Below, one piece after another: positions 10,726 through 23,464 of a stretch of DNA of 64,000 bases. Each line of letters opens with the position of its first letter. Position 1 is the stretch's first letter. The notes under the pieces were generated by a model. It searched no databases. It was given only the letters and a program-made list of their open reading frames with translations, and was not told the DNA's origin. A program made the position numbers and the translations under genes. Source of the stretch: Macrostomum lignano (taxonomy: Eukaryota); the NCBI GenBank assembly GCA_002269645.1, contig NIVC01001037.1, positions 311,632 to 375,631 of the forward strand. The letters run 5' to 3'.

Positions 10726-12163
10726 GGCAGGCAGGCAGAATGTACTCCCTTAAGAAATCATATACCAAGCGATGCGCCAACCACGTGCCACCGCTGCAGC
10801 GTGGAGGTGAACATGCTGTTTCAGACGCAGACCGACAAGATTGAGGTTTTCACATTCGTGAAGCGCCTGTTCCAGGAGCACAACGCTCTGATTAGGGGCA
10901 GCAGGAGTCGGGCTCTGTTCATTGAGACAGCCTACCTGTTCTGCATGGATGTGAGTGCCTCATAGTTGGCTATGCTAAAAATATCCTTGCTTCCTTGTAA
11001 AACAGCCTTGCGATTAAATTTCACCCAGGTAGCCGAGAGCGCCATCTCGTCGAACTTCTTCATGTACATACCGAAGTCGCACTACAGGCGCTATTTGGAA
11101 GATGTGCCAATTTTGATGAAAGCAAAAGTCTGCATCATCATCGACTATCACAGGAGCCTGGCTTATCGATTTGGTAATTTTTTATCGAGATTGTTGATCT
11201 TAACTAAGTGTAAAATGACAAAACAAATGACCCCAACATCACCAGGCATTCGCGTCAGCAAGCTCACGGATGAGTCCGACCGCGGCACCGAGAGCACCAG
11301 GAACTCCCAGGTCGAGTCCACCATGGACCGACCGACCGTCCGCTTCCACCGGAACCGCGCCGCGGTGGAATTCATCCAGGAGGGCCGGGCCTGCACCATC
11401 GCTGGTGAGTCAGCTGCTATGGAATTTGCTGAAGCTGAGCTGCCCTTCAAATCCGCAAAATGACCGGAAATGCCTATTGGGGTCTGAAAAAATTAAAGTA
11501 TTACACTCACAGGCAGTATTACACTCACAGGTAGTATTACATTCACAGGCAGTATTACACTCACAGGCAGTATTACACTCACAGGCAGTATTACACTCGC
11601 AGGCAGTATTACACTCACAGGCAGTATTACATTCACAGGCAGTATTACACTCACAGGTAGTATTACATTCACAGGCAGTATTACACTCACAGGTAGTATT
11701 ACATTCACAGGCAGTATTACACTCACAGGCAGTATTACACTCACAGGCAGTATTACACTCACAGGCAGTATTACACTCACAGGCAGTATTACATTCACAG
11801 GCAGTATTACACTCACAGGCAGTATTACACTCACAGGCAGTATTACACTCGCAGGCAGTATTACACTCACAGGCAGTATTACACTCGCAGGCAGTATTAC
11901 ACTCACAGGCAGTAATAAACTCACAGGTAGTATTACATTCACAGGCAGTATTACACTCACAGGCAGTATTACACTCACAGGCAGTTTTACACTCACAGGC
12001 AGTATTACACTCACAGGCAGTAATACACTCACAGGCAGTATTACACTCACAAGCAGTATTACATCTCACAGGCAGTATTACATTCGTACACATTGCAGAC
12101 ATTATCGCCACAAACAGGGCCATCCAGTCCAAAAGGAACACGGACCCGTTGCGGCACCCGTGA
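10412..12163 (+). CDS. Unknown 5-exon protein-coding gene (about 250 aa): exons 10412-10572, about 10731-10950, 11029-11173, 11246-11404, 12099-12163
   Basis: GT-AG junctions with compatible phases and GC3-rich codons. Two of four exon-1 substitutions versus the duplicate are synonymous in this frame (CGA/AGA, CTG/TTG). The exon-2 acceptor is ambiguous within a CAG array. Family not recognised. Confidence 0.7.
10587..10738 (+). repeat. (ACAG)n microsatellite filling intron 1
   Basis: Direct reading. Confidence 0.97.
11497..12084 (+). repeat. 18-bp minisatellite AGTATTACACTCACAGGC, about 32 copies, intron 4
   Basis: Direct reading; the VLHSQA and CECNTA ORFs derive from it. Confidence 0.97.
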
Positions 12164-12449
12164 CTCGGACCAGTCAGTGTGGTTCATCTGTCAATGACAA
12201 GCAAAGCGATTCTGACTGTCTACTGAGCAGCTTTTCAATTAGCAAGCTGCAGGTGAATTCTAGCCTCGACAACTTTTTATGCCAAGAGCTAGGGAGACAG
12301 TTTAATACTCTGAGTCTAATTGTTTTGCATTGATTACCATCGTATTGCAGCATGCAAAATAGTTGCCGAAATTCTATAATTCTCAGAAGCTACAAATACG
12401 TACATTGATAAAAATTATTAGCGTTTCATGGCGGATAAAAAACCTTTGC

Positions 12450-13068
12450 TGAGAGGTGGTTTTTGAGAGGATGGGTTCTGAGAGGGTGGGTTCTGAGAGG
12501 GTGGGTTCTGAGAGGGTGGGTTCTGAGAGGTTGGGTTATGAAAGGGTGGGTTCTGAGTGGATGGGTTCTGAGAAGGTGGGTTCTGAGAGGGTGAGTTCTG
12601 AGAGGTTGAGTTCTGAGAGGGTGGGTTCTGAGAGAATGGATTCTGAGAAGGTGGGTTCTGAGAGGGTGGGTTCTGAGAGGATGGGTTCTGAGAGGGTGGG
12701 TTCTGAGAGGGTGGGTTCTGAGAGGGTGGGTTCTGAGAGGGGGGGTTCTGAGAGGGTGGGTTCTGAGAGGGTGGATTCTGAGAGGGTGGGTTCTGAGAGG
12801 ATGGGTTCTGAGAGGGTGGGTTCTGAGAGGATGGGTTCTGAGAGGGTGGGTTCTGAGAGGGTGGATTCTGAGAGGGTGGGTTCTGAGAGGGTGGGTTCTG
12901 AGAGGGTGGGTTCTGAGAGGGTGAGTTCTGAGAGGGTGGATTCTGAGAGGGTGGGTTCTGAGAGGGTGAGTTCTGAGAGGGTGGATTCTGAGAGGGTGGG
13001 TTCTGAGAGGGTGGGTTCTGAGAGGGTGAGTTCTGAGAGGGTGAGTTCTGAGAGCTGGTGGGTTCTGA
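12450..13068 (+). repeat. 15-bp G-rich minisatellite GAGAGGGTGGGTTCT, about 40 copies
   Basis: Direct reading. Confidence 0.97.
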
Positions 13069-13517
13069 AAGGAAGGGTTACAAAAGGTTTGAATCCGAGA
13101 TACAAAACATGAACGAGTACGGGACAACACAGATACTTGTTGTTGAATTCAACCAAATCACTGCAAAAAAGTTTTCTATTTTTTTAGCCTTGACACTGCA
13201 GGATGCGCTGCAATGCAAATATTGTTTTGAAAAAACAAATCGACTTAAAATGTGTAGTGAAGGGAATTAGTACGATTCGGATTGGCAATGAATAAAAAGA
13301 CGCTAAAATTTGCAGAGGGGCTACAAGAATCAATTAGAAAATAGTCCAGCTCAGCCGTTTCTGCAGAGCTCACTGGTACAATATTTCTGATATTCGCGGC
13401 AACCATAAACAAAGGTAGACTCAAATAGCAAAGATACTTTCAAAGCATTCGTTAAATATAACATAGAAAGCCATGAGCGCTTGAATAAGCCTTGAACAAA
13501 GTTGCCGAAGGCACATT

Positions 13518-13518
<1 letters not shown>

Positions 13519-13552
<34 letters not shown>
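13519..13552 (+). repeat. (GT)n microsatellite
   Basis: Direct reading. Confidence 0.95.
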
Positions 13553-13553
<1 letters not shown>

Positions 13554-13909
13554 GTGTTGGCAGTAGTTGATGTACGTATGGGCATCCCAATATTTGACAC
13601 GTGTTGCCAATCCGTTAATTAGCTGTCATGTTAGTAGTTTACAACAAAAATTAGTTTGTACTTCAATTTAAGGTGCTCATAGCGCTGTGAAATGTCGTTT
13701 GTGTCACACCGAGAGGGACAACTAACTGACCAAAAACGGTAAAGCAACAAAAAGACTGTGATACACGTGCATGCAATATTGCACAAGCTTGTGCCATACA
13801 TTTTCGAGAGTATCTATTCATATCGAAATGTTCAGTAAATAGATAGAACTGTGCTGAAAACTGAGGATTTTCAAAAAAAGGCTGAGGATCTGAGGCCTGA
13901 GCTTAGATA

Positions 13910-16900
13910 TCAGTTCTGAGACTGGGGCGTGTGAGGTTCAATCACTCCCAAACCGCTGATTTGGCGAACTTGCGAAGAATCTCTGAAAAAGAATGTGAAA
14001 CAAGTTGAATAGTGTAAGGTATAATGACACAGGTTTGCAGATTCTTTGTAAACCTGTCCTTACCTAGCAGAAACAGGGCTATTGCTGCTGAAGTCTGCGC
14101 AAGCCCCTAAATAAGGCCTTGCTTGAAAGTGATCCTGGACCTGGAGACTTTCCGGTGTAAGATAAGCCGACAGATCGCCTACTGATAGCCTAAAATAAAA
14201 AAGTAAATGTGCGTTTGTTTACCTTTGCTAATAAACAAATTAAGATTTCATGCATGTGATACAGGATTCTGTCATACCTGCTACCGGTATTGGGTCCTAG
14301 GCCTCGCTCAGCTCTCAGACGCTCTCCGAGTTCCCGAATTTCCCTGTCGCGAGAGCAGCATGAAGTCTAGCGCGCAATATCCATTGTGGTTAGCGAGCGT
14401 CGGGGAGGCTTCCTTGTCCAACAGAGCCTGGACGCACTGAACTGACCGCTGCTGCACAGCAAGCATCAGTGGTGTCACTCCATCTTTATTCTTTGCGTCG
14501 ACTGTAGCTCCTTCTGTCAGCAAGCCTCAACTTCAATCTGATTAGATTTGTAAGCAGCCCAGTGAAGAGCAGTGCTCTGAGTCTCATTCTGATGGCTTGC
14601 ATTTACATGGCAGTTTTCCAGTAAAAACTTGGCTGCCTCCGTGTTGCCGTGAAGCACAGCCAGCATGAGGGGTGTGTCGCCGTGCGCGTCAATGGAATCG
14701 AAAAATTCTTCATTGGACGAGTGCTGCTTTAAATAGAAAAGAATCTCCTTGTTGCCTCCAATGGCAGCTAAGTGGGCGGCGTTTCTTCGCAACAAATTTC
14801 GATCGTTAAGACTACAACCAAGCTTTCCGTGCAACACCTCCAGTAGCCGGGTCCTTCCCAGAACAATGGATTGTAGGAGGGGCGTGTCTCCATTCACATC
14901 CGGTTCTTTCGCCCGGACTCCGGGGTCACTAATCAAGTGCAGCAGAATCTGCTCGTGACCAGCTGCAACAGCTTCGTGCACGAGCGTATAGCCGCGCTTT
15001 GTTTTCACCCCGAGACTGCAGCCGATTTTCTCGAGCTTCCGAAAAATGTGATAATTGCCTACTCTGACGGCAAGCGTTAGTGCAGTTTCTCCGTTCTGAT
15101 TTGCTTCATTTAGGAGCCTTTTATTCTCTTCTGTGCTCTGATTGTCCCGGATCAGCATCAGTGAAGCAAATATTGACTGCCACTGGCTATCACAGCATCA
15201 CGAATTTGCCCTGACTGTTTCTTACAAACTCGCGTCGCTGAAGACTCCTGAGCGCTGCTGCCTGACCAGTAGACGCCAAATGGCAAAATAAGGACTCGCA
15301 GACGCTGTCACTGTGATTTCTCAGGTGCATCGTCACGGCGAACCGGCTGTTTCCTGAGCGAGCCGCCAATTCCAGCATTGAGCGGCCATCTCTAACCGCA
15401 AGTTGTGGGTTCCAGCCCTTTTCAACCAGCAGCTGGTACATCTCTTCGTTGCCTATTCGCGCGGCTAGGTGCAAGGCGGTTTCTTCATAACAATTTTTGG
15501 CATCCTTTAAAAAGTCGAATTCAGACAAAAGCCACCGTAGGGTGCTCAGTTTGGATTCAGAAACCGCCACGTGAAGCAAGGTGTTTTTGTTATTGTTCAC
15601 GTCGTCTTTGATTCCGGGTGCTTCCGCAAAATCTCGCGGGCCAAATCAATTTGGCCAAATCGAATAGCGGTCAGCAAGGGCGTGTACCCCTTAGCATCTT
15701 TGACTGTAACGCTTGCACCTCTGCTGAGCAGTTCATTAATAAGACTACTGCGACAAGTTTCTATGCCAAGTGGAGTAAATTCCACTGACTTTCGCGCCTG
15801 TCTACTGGTACACCCAAATCGAGCAACTCTGTTAAGTTCTTATTCTTTCGAGAGCGAATGTTAGTACGAAAGACTTCGAAATTCGGAGACAATGTGTCGG
15901 CCGATAGACGAGCACCCGTTTGTAAGAGCAAATCGATGATACTCCGACTGCCCCGAAAGAATGCCTCCGCTAATACAGAGACTCCATCCTTGCTGACCAC
16001 ATTCACGTCTGCACTTTTGGCTAATAAAAGTTGGCAAATTTCAAAGCCTTTAGAAGCCGATAAAGCGCCAAATATCGGTGTCTTTCCATTTCCATCAATA
16101 GCATTCGGATCAGCTCCGTATTCGAGCAGCAACTCAACAATATCAAGCTTTAAATTGCGGCATGCGACATGGAGGGGCGTTTCAAAGTCGCCATTTCTGG
16201 CATGCAGAAGGGATTCATTCTTCTCAATTAGGCTTTTAGCAATCTTCTTTGAACCTCCTTTACAAGCAAAGTGAAGGAGAGTGTTCTTCAGTGAGTAGAC
16301 TTTCACTGAGTCTTCGTCAGTAATTGGCCAGATTTTTGACAAAACATCTTCATCACCGCGCAGGCACGCAATGGAGACAGCCGAATCACCATCATTGTTT
16401 GTGTGTCTTTTTTCCAAGCCAAAATCGATTAGTAGGCCAACTAATTCTGCACTGGCCTTTGCTGCTGCCAGTGTCAAGCACGAGTCACCTGACTTAGTTA
16501 CCGTGTCGATAGGGAACTTCTTTTCGATTAAAACCTTCAGAATTTCGAGCTTGTTACACCTGCACGCCAGGTGAGCAGCACTGAGACCGTCTTCTGTTTC
16601 GGTGTCTTTGCTGCACCCGTGGCGATTAATATCTGCACCATGCTATCGGCCGCAGCTTGCCCACCTCTATGGCAATCAAGAGAGGTGTCCAACCGTTTGA
16701 CTTCCGATTGTTCACGTCGCATCCAGCGCTAATTAGATCAGACAGAAGCTCGCTATTCTGGCCAATGATTGCATACTCAAGCGCAGTCTTGCCGTAGTTA
16801 TCTTTAGCTGTCACAAAGTTCAGGTCTGGTACCGTCGTTAAGAGAATTTTCACAGTTTCCCTTGACCCAGCCAGCGCCGCCAGCATCAGGCTCGTGATTC

Positions 16901-19444
16901 CTGCCGAGTCAATGCAGCAAATGGAGACGTTTTTCTCCACCAGCTTCTGTAGAACTTCAAGTCCACCTGCCTCGCAAGCAAAATGGATGGCTTGTCTGTT
17001 TTCTTTAGTGCAGGGTTCAAGCAGAACGTTTCTGGATAGCAGAAAGTCTACAATAGACGAGTCGTTATTGGAGCATGCTATCATAAGTGGCGTCTTGCCC
17101 GTTTTGTCTTCTTGGTCGAGGCAACAGTCCTTCCGTTCTAGCAGCTTCACCATGTCAAAGAATCTCATCTGCGTTGCCATGTGGACCGCATTTTCACCTT
17201 GATTGTTTCTCAAGTTAACATCGGCACCGTAGTCCGCGAGTTTCTTAACCACGTCTTCGTTGCCTTCTCTAACGGCTAGCAAGAACAGAGTGAGCCCGTA
17301 TTTGTCTTTTGTATCGAAAACGCACTTTAAATTGTTAACAAGATAGACAATTGCTTCAGGATGCCCCTTCATGGCAGCGAAATGCACAGCGGTTCTGCCG
17401 CACTCGTCTGTAGCGTTTTTATTGTCATTCTCTTCTGGCGAGTCTCGGTGGAGATACCGAATAACATCGACTTGGTTTTTTGCTGCAACTTGCATTAGGA
17501 TAGTCTTACCCTTTCTATTAATGTTCATTATAGGTTTTCCGCTTGCAGCAAAATGTGTCAGTAAGTCCACCCTACCCATCTTGGCGGCCATGCTCAAAGC
17601 AGAATTTCCTTTGTTATTCTTAACAGTGGAACTACACCCGTACCCAATTAAAGCAATGACAATTTTTCGAGTCAGGGAGCCGTCCTCAGACTGCGCGGTG
17701 ATTGCCTTCATGAGAGGGGTATTGCCCTTGTTGTCGGCAATGTCCATGGGGACTTTCTTCTCAATCAAAAGCTTGATCAGCGGCCAGTTAAGAGCAGAGG
17801 TAGCTTGAGAAGCTACTGTATTTCCCTTATTATCGATGACATTAATCTTGCAACCCTGATCTAACAGGAATTTGACAGTCTCCAAAGCGTTGTCTTTTGA
17901 GCCTGCAGCTACCAATATTGCAGTCTTGCCTTCTGAGTTTGGTACATCGAAGTTTGCTTGATGACTTTTTAGCACATTCAGCACGCTCAACTGCCCATTG
18001 GCGGCAGCCAAAAGTGCCGGAGTATTTCCAGCTCTATCGATGCGATTTACGTCGCAGTTATTTTCGGCAAGATAGGCGACTGTCTCTGCGGTGCCGGCGT
18101 GACACGCTGCCATGACTGCAGTTCGACCGTCCTTCGCTCTCGGAATGTCCAGTGGCATACTAGCTTGATGAAGCTGCTTCAGCATTTGGACTCGGCTTAG
18201 TTCAGCTGCCAGTTGAATCAGATTTGACTGGGTTTCACATTCGAATTGGTCGGTAGATTTCATTGCGTCAAGCACGCAATCGAAGATCTCTTGATTTTCA
18301 GATTCGATGCAGTAGGCTAGGGGCATTTCCCCATACCATCTTTCAGGTGCACGTTGGCACCAGCTCTAAGTAGCATCTTCACAAATTCTATATGGCTATT
18401 CATTACGGCTGAAAACAATGGTGTTCTACCCAGGTTGCAAACCCGATTTACGTTGCAGCCTTTGCTCAATAGAAGCTCTGCAATCTCTTCGCTTCCTTGC
18501 TGAGCAGCGTAGAACAACGGGGAGCTGTTGGTATTGTCAATCTTGTCGAAGTTTCCATCTTGTTCTGCAACTAGATGGAGAAACTCTGTGGAGCCAATTT
18601 GGGAGGCTACATGAGCGATTGTCTGCTCATCCTTGTACTGGAGATCGCACGGCTTTTCGGCGTCTCGTTTCGGATAATTTTCCAGCCAATAACGGACGCA
18701 TTCGGTTGCATGGCTCCGTACCAGCTCCGGTATGGTCTCGTTGTGCACCGCCGCGTCAAACTGCAGAGCCAACTGCTTCTCTTCCAGAATAGCAAGACTC
18801 TGCAGGTCGTGAGCAGCAAAGGCCAAGTCAGCGGCTGTGAATCCCTGGCGATTTTTTACGACAAGATCTGCGCCACGGTCAGTTAGCAGCCGGAGCAGAT
18901 GTGGTTGCTGATTAACGGTTGCCAGCATTAGAGGCGTGTTGCCGTCTTGGTCCTGAGCGTTGATACTGGCCCCTTCGGAGAGAAGCCTGCTGGCAATCTC
19001 ACTTTGTCCGTTTCTAGCTGCGCAGTGAAGCGCAGTCAATCCGTAGGCGTCTTGACAGTCGACACTCGGAACTCTGCGCAGGGCCATCTGGCAGGACTCT
19101 AGGTCGCCAGATTCAGCTGCGCGATGTAGACTACGGGTTGCTCTTAGTAGGGCTTCATCAGGCTCACCGTCTTCTCTGCTGTCGGCGCGACTTGACAAAG
19201 AAGCCGAGTCGTCACGCCATTGCATGAAGCGCCTAATCTGGAGAGCGAGCTCCTCCAATTTAGCATACTCGAGCTGATCTAATCTTTGAGTGCTCAATTT
19301 GGATAGCAGTTCCTTAATACCTTGAGGAAGACGAGTGCCAGTTGATGGTTCATTTGACGAGTTTTTTATTCCAAGCTGCAGAAGAAGTTCCTCGACTTCT
19401 CTCGCCTTCTTGCGTTTTTTGTTGTTGTCGCTGGGCTTCGGCAT
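13910..19444 (-). CDS. Giant ankyrin-repeat protein A (about 1790 aa if frames are restored); exons 19444-14278, 14189-14064, 13982-13910; frameshifted as assembled
   Basis: Continuous ankyrin consensus (G.TPLH.A...G...V..LL..GA.VN) across successive frames, collinear with the paralog at 24789-29916. Nine frame breaks. GT-AG junctions in phase 2; exons 2-3 are less certain. Confidence 0.85.
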
Positions 19445-22026
19445 GTCTGAAAGTCATTGATTGTTATTGCTTTTGTACAAATCTTCTCTGCAAGAAACGT
19501 GGCACCTACACGATTTAACTGTGTGATTCTTTTGTTTGAAAGTTACTGATACAAAGCTAGGGCGGTCAAAAAACTGGTTTAAAGTCGGAAAAGAGGGTTT
19601 CACCTCAATACAGTTTTGATTTAGCTAGGCGAATTCGCGCGAATGACTAGTGACTAGTGATCTGTATTTCTGACAATTTCTAATGATATTTTTAATAGCT
19701 ATTTTTAACTTTTAGTATAATGGACTAGCAATCTCCGCCCACACTAGAGAGGCAACAAAGTAAGGAACACAACTTTTTAATAAACTGCATGTAGGTTTCG
19801 ACCTTGTACAGTCACTACTGTTAGTTTCTTAAGGAAAACGAAGTTTAAAGCAGTTTAATCCACCCAGAAAGCCAGCTATCTAACCTAAGATATCAACAGC
19901 TCCTTTGAGCTTTAGCATCAAAGAATCTGAGCAACCCCCATCAGCCACACCATTTCAGCAATTCCCATCAGCCTTGATATCTCAGAAACTATCCCACGAG
20001 TCTGTAAATATCAGTCATCCTGCCTATATGAGCCTTGACAACTCAGCAATTCCCCCCACGAGCCTTTAAGGTCGACAGAGCGAATCAGTTCAAAAGAACA
20101 AAGTGTGTATCTATCCAGATTCAAGATTGTGTGCAATTTTTTCTATTCATGATACATTCTATTCTATTCATTTATTTTATTCATGAAGTTTAATGAAAAG
20201 CAAATATATTTGTTTTGAATAAGCATTGACATTGAAAAGGTATGAATAAAAAAGAGAAACCTTTTTTAATCTTGCAAGAAAGCGAGAATTTCTTGGCTTT
20301 TAATGAACAAGAAAATTACTTTTTCTCGCGAGAATTTCTTCTGAAGATTTTCTTATGAGATTTTGAGACAAGAGTATCTTTTCTCTTTACCCTTTTCTCA
20401 ATGTCTGTGTCCGTCAGTTGTGCACCCAGTCTTATTTCTGTCTCTCGAGATTCCACCCAACCTTGCCCAGGTTGGCCCATAGACGACAATTTGCTTCATA
20501 AATTCTTGCGAGAAAGTCTTGAAAGCCAAGAAAAGTTTATTCATGTCTTTTGCAGATTTTCTTAGCTTGAGAGAATTTCTACGCGCGAAAATCTCGACAG
20601 TTGAGAAAATATTTTCCTTTTTATCTTGGCTTACAAGAATTTCCGCCGAGATTTTCTCGATTTTTATTCATATACCGCCCATTTATTGCATTTCAATCCT
20701 TTCAATCAGATTTCTGAGTACCCCAAAGTTTAGCGACCGGCATTTATACAAGATTTTACCTGGTGATCCCGATGGTACACCGAAAGCCCATAGAGCTGAA
20801 AGCTTCGAAGTGCAAACGGAAGACGGCTGACTCTGTCTTGCTAAAACGTCGTTTTTCCGTATCGCGCTCACGCCTAGAAAGAATGAATTTGAGAGCTTAA
20901 AACGCATGGCTGGAAAGCTTTTGGAGAGACGAAATTATAGACAGGAAAGAGAAGGCAGGGTGTGTGGCAGGGTTTCTGTACAGATGACTGTACGGCAAGC
21001 ATAGAAGAGGGCAGTCTACCACATACATTTAAGTACATGAAATGCGCACAATAAAAACTTTCAGAAGCTATACGAGGTACTTTGAGCCAAGTACAAAGTC
21101 AAAATAAACAGAACCGACTGGGTTTCGGCTGCAAGTCTTGCCGACAGATTCCCTGACGCTTGGATAACACTAGAAACTCGTTGGCTTAGCAAAGAAAAGA
21201 AAAAATAAAGTCATCTCCTTAATAAACAAATTTGCACCTGGCTGGCTACTCTGTGTAAATATTGTTTTATTTAAAAAGTTAATCATTGATCGTTGGGATA
21301 TTGAGTGAGAGGCCATGCGTATTTTATTGAAAACTCGGATAAATAATTAGGGAGCTAAAACTAATTTTAGTAATATGCAATGTAACGATAGTGAGTTCCA
21401 GCATGTCCAGCGATGTAAAATTTAGCTTTGGCTGTTAGGAAACTATAAAAATTTCGTTATATTCTGTTAAATATCAAATTTCTGGAGTAAATATGAAAAA
21501 GTCTTTGTTACGCAAGGATACGAGCATATAGTAAAAATAAAAAAGAAGCGATGTTGAAAAAACTCTCATGATGCCGCGATTAAGCAAAAAGATTAATTGC
21601 CTTTAAAATTTGAAAATAAAATCGTGCAGGATTGTTTGCATGAACGAGTTAAAGGCCTACATGTAATTAATAATTTCTATAGAAAAACACCTTGTATTTC
21701 CCTATGGCTGGCTAGCTCTATTAGCTAAATAGATGTAGCTATCTGAAATTAAGATCGCACTGGATTCAGTGGTCCTGTGTTCGATTCCAGGTGTGGCGCA
21801 ATCAGTCTGCCTATAGTCACTAAGCCCCCACCCCTTGTGAGTGGATAGCTGTGGCATTTTACCTGTGCATATGCGATGTTTCTGGGGGAATTGCTGGGTA
21901 TGATGTCACAAACTTGGCATTCCAAGGAGCCCCATTGAGTTCCTCAGCTCTCAGGAGTAAATTGTTGGCCACTTGGGAAGAAACATACGAAATCTGATTT
22001 AATTGGGATTCATAATGATGGTAGTA

Positions 22027-22626
22027 TTGGTTTTTGCATGCTAAGTGAGACACCCCTCAAGCAATCTGAGACTGAATAGCAAAAGCACTATTGTCTATGG
22101 CCACCCCTCGCTGCAGCCCAGCTTTTTAGGATCGCCTTGCAAGTAAAGTGAGAAATTTTTTCAAGCTAAGTGAGAACCATATTGAAAACAAAGGGGTGGT
22201 TTTACGAAAATACAAAATGATGTACTGTCGGAAACTATATATTTAGAAAAGGATACGCAGGAACACAACAAAACAAGCGGTACAAAAATTGTTGATAATG
22301 TTATAAGCGTTCAAATAAAGGGTTGCATGTTGATACACTGAGCAAACTTTCGAGTGCAGTGGAGCTCCCAGCCTGCGATCTTGTGCGGAGTAATGACATG
22401 CAGCGATTCTCTTCCAAGCTCGTTGCTTGTTAAACGCAGTTGATTTGCCATAGCCCAGCCTTTGTTTTCAATATGGTTCTCACTCAGCCTGAAAAAATTT
22501 CTCACTCTGCTTGCAAGGCGATCCCAAAAAGCCGGGCTGCAGCGAGGGGTGGCCATAGACAATAGTGTTTTTGCTATTCAGTCTCAGATTGCTTGAAAAA
22601 TGTCTCACTTAGCATGCAAAAACCAA
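22027..22626. mobile_element. Foldback/MITE-like element A, about 168-bp inverted arms, flanked by TAGTA
   Basis: 22027-22195 versus the reverse complement of 22459-22626; TAGTA at 22022-22026 and 22627-22631. Confidence 0.85.
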
Positions 22627-22631
22627 TAGTA

Positions 22632-23248
22632 TCGCTTTTGACGCTCTAGATAAGACTTTAGACATTCAAAATAAGACTGCATAGGATCGCAAGCAAGGCC
22701 AGGCTAGCCACGGCCAGAGCATGCCCAGTCTTGGCTGCAGGAATGGCTTGGCCATAGACTTAAAAATGGAATATCAAAATGAGAATAAGACGCTCAATAT
22801 GAGACTGAGTGTGAAAGCCTTCAGATATCGCTCTAACCCTCTGACCTTCAGCCAGCTCTCCTTCTTCACCCCTTGGGTTGCATCTGACCCCTTGGATTTC
22901 ACTGTGATGGCACCATCGATTCCTGCAGCAGACCGTCAGCGTCTGATCGACGCAGTAAATAATGGATCAACCATCCTAGCTGCCGCTCAAATTCTGCTTC
23001 TTGTTTATTGCCTAATTTCTCCTTAGCTGTTTGTATGGTGACTGCCAAAAAGCAAATAAATTACGTTCACTCCCGGTCTCATATTGAGCGTCTTATTCTC
23101 ATTTTGATATTCCATTTTTAGTCTATGGCCAAGCCATTCCTGCAGCCAAGACTGGGCATGCTCTGGCCGTGGCTAGCCTGGCCTTGCTTGCGATCCTATG
23201 CAGTCTTATTTTGAATGTCCAAAGTCCCATCCAGAGCGTCAAAAGCGA
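22632..23248. mobile_element. Foldback/MITE-like element B, about 174-bp near-perfect inverted arms, flanked by TAGTA
   Basis: 22632-22805 versus the reverse complement of 23076-23248; TAGTA at 22627-22631 and 23249-23253. The spacer encodes MAPSIPAADRQRLIDAVNNGSTILAAAQIL (HTH-like). Confidence 0.85.
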
Positions 23249-23464
23249 TAGTATTGGGCTTCACTGTCAAAAAACATAGAAAGTTGGTTGTGCAATGATA
23301 AATATAATATGTTATTACATAAAAAGCAAAGCAAAGAAACTTGTTATAGCACGAGTATCTGTCGTTACCACAGACCAATAATAAGTACAGACTTATTGGT
23401 ACTTTGACAGACTTATTAGTCTGTGGTCGTTACGCATTCCGACCGAATGCCTCGGAATAACGAA

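Noticed and set aside
14278-18326. Programmed recoding or RNA editing cascade explaining the ankyrin A frameshifts
   Set aside because: No shared slippery motif and mixed nucleotides; deletion-only errors in short runs are the simpler explanation.
20250-20720. TTCTCG/CGAGAA-rich degenerate region containing CCATAGAC
   Set aside because: Probably an old foldback element, but termini and arms could not be defined.
21735-21830. tRNA-like B-box GGTCCTGTGTTCGATTCC (similar at 42410-42475 and on the minus strand at 35000-35066)
   Set aside because: No cloverleaf could be folded; at best decayed tRNA-derived SINE heads.
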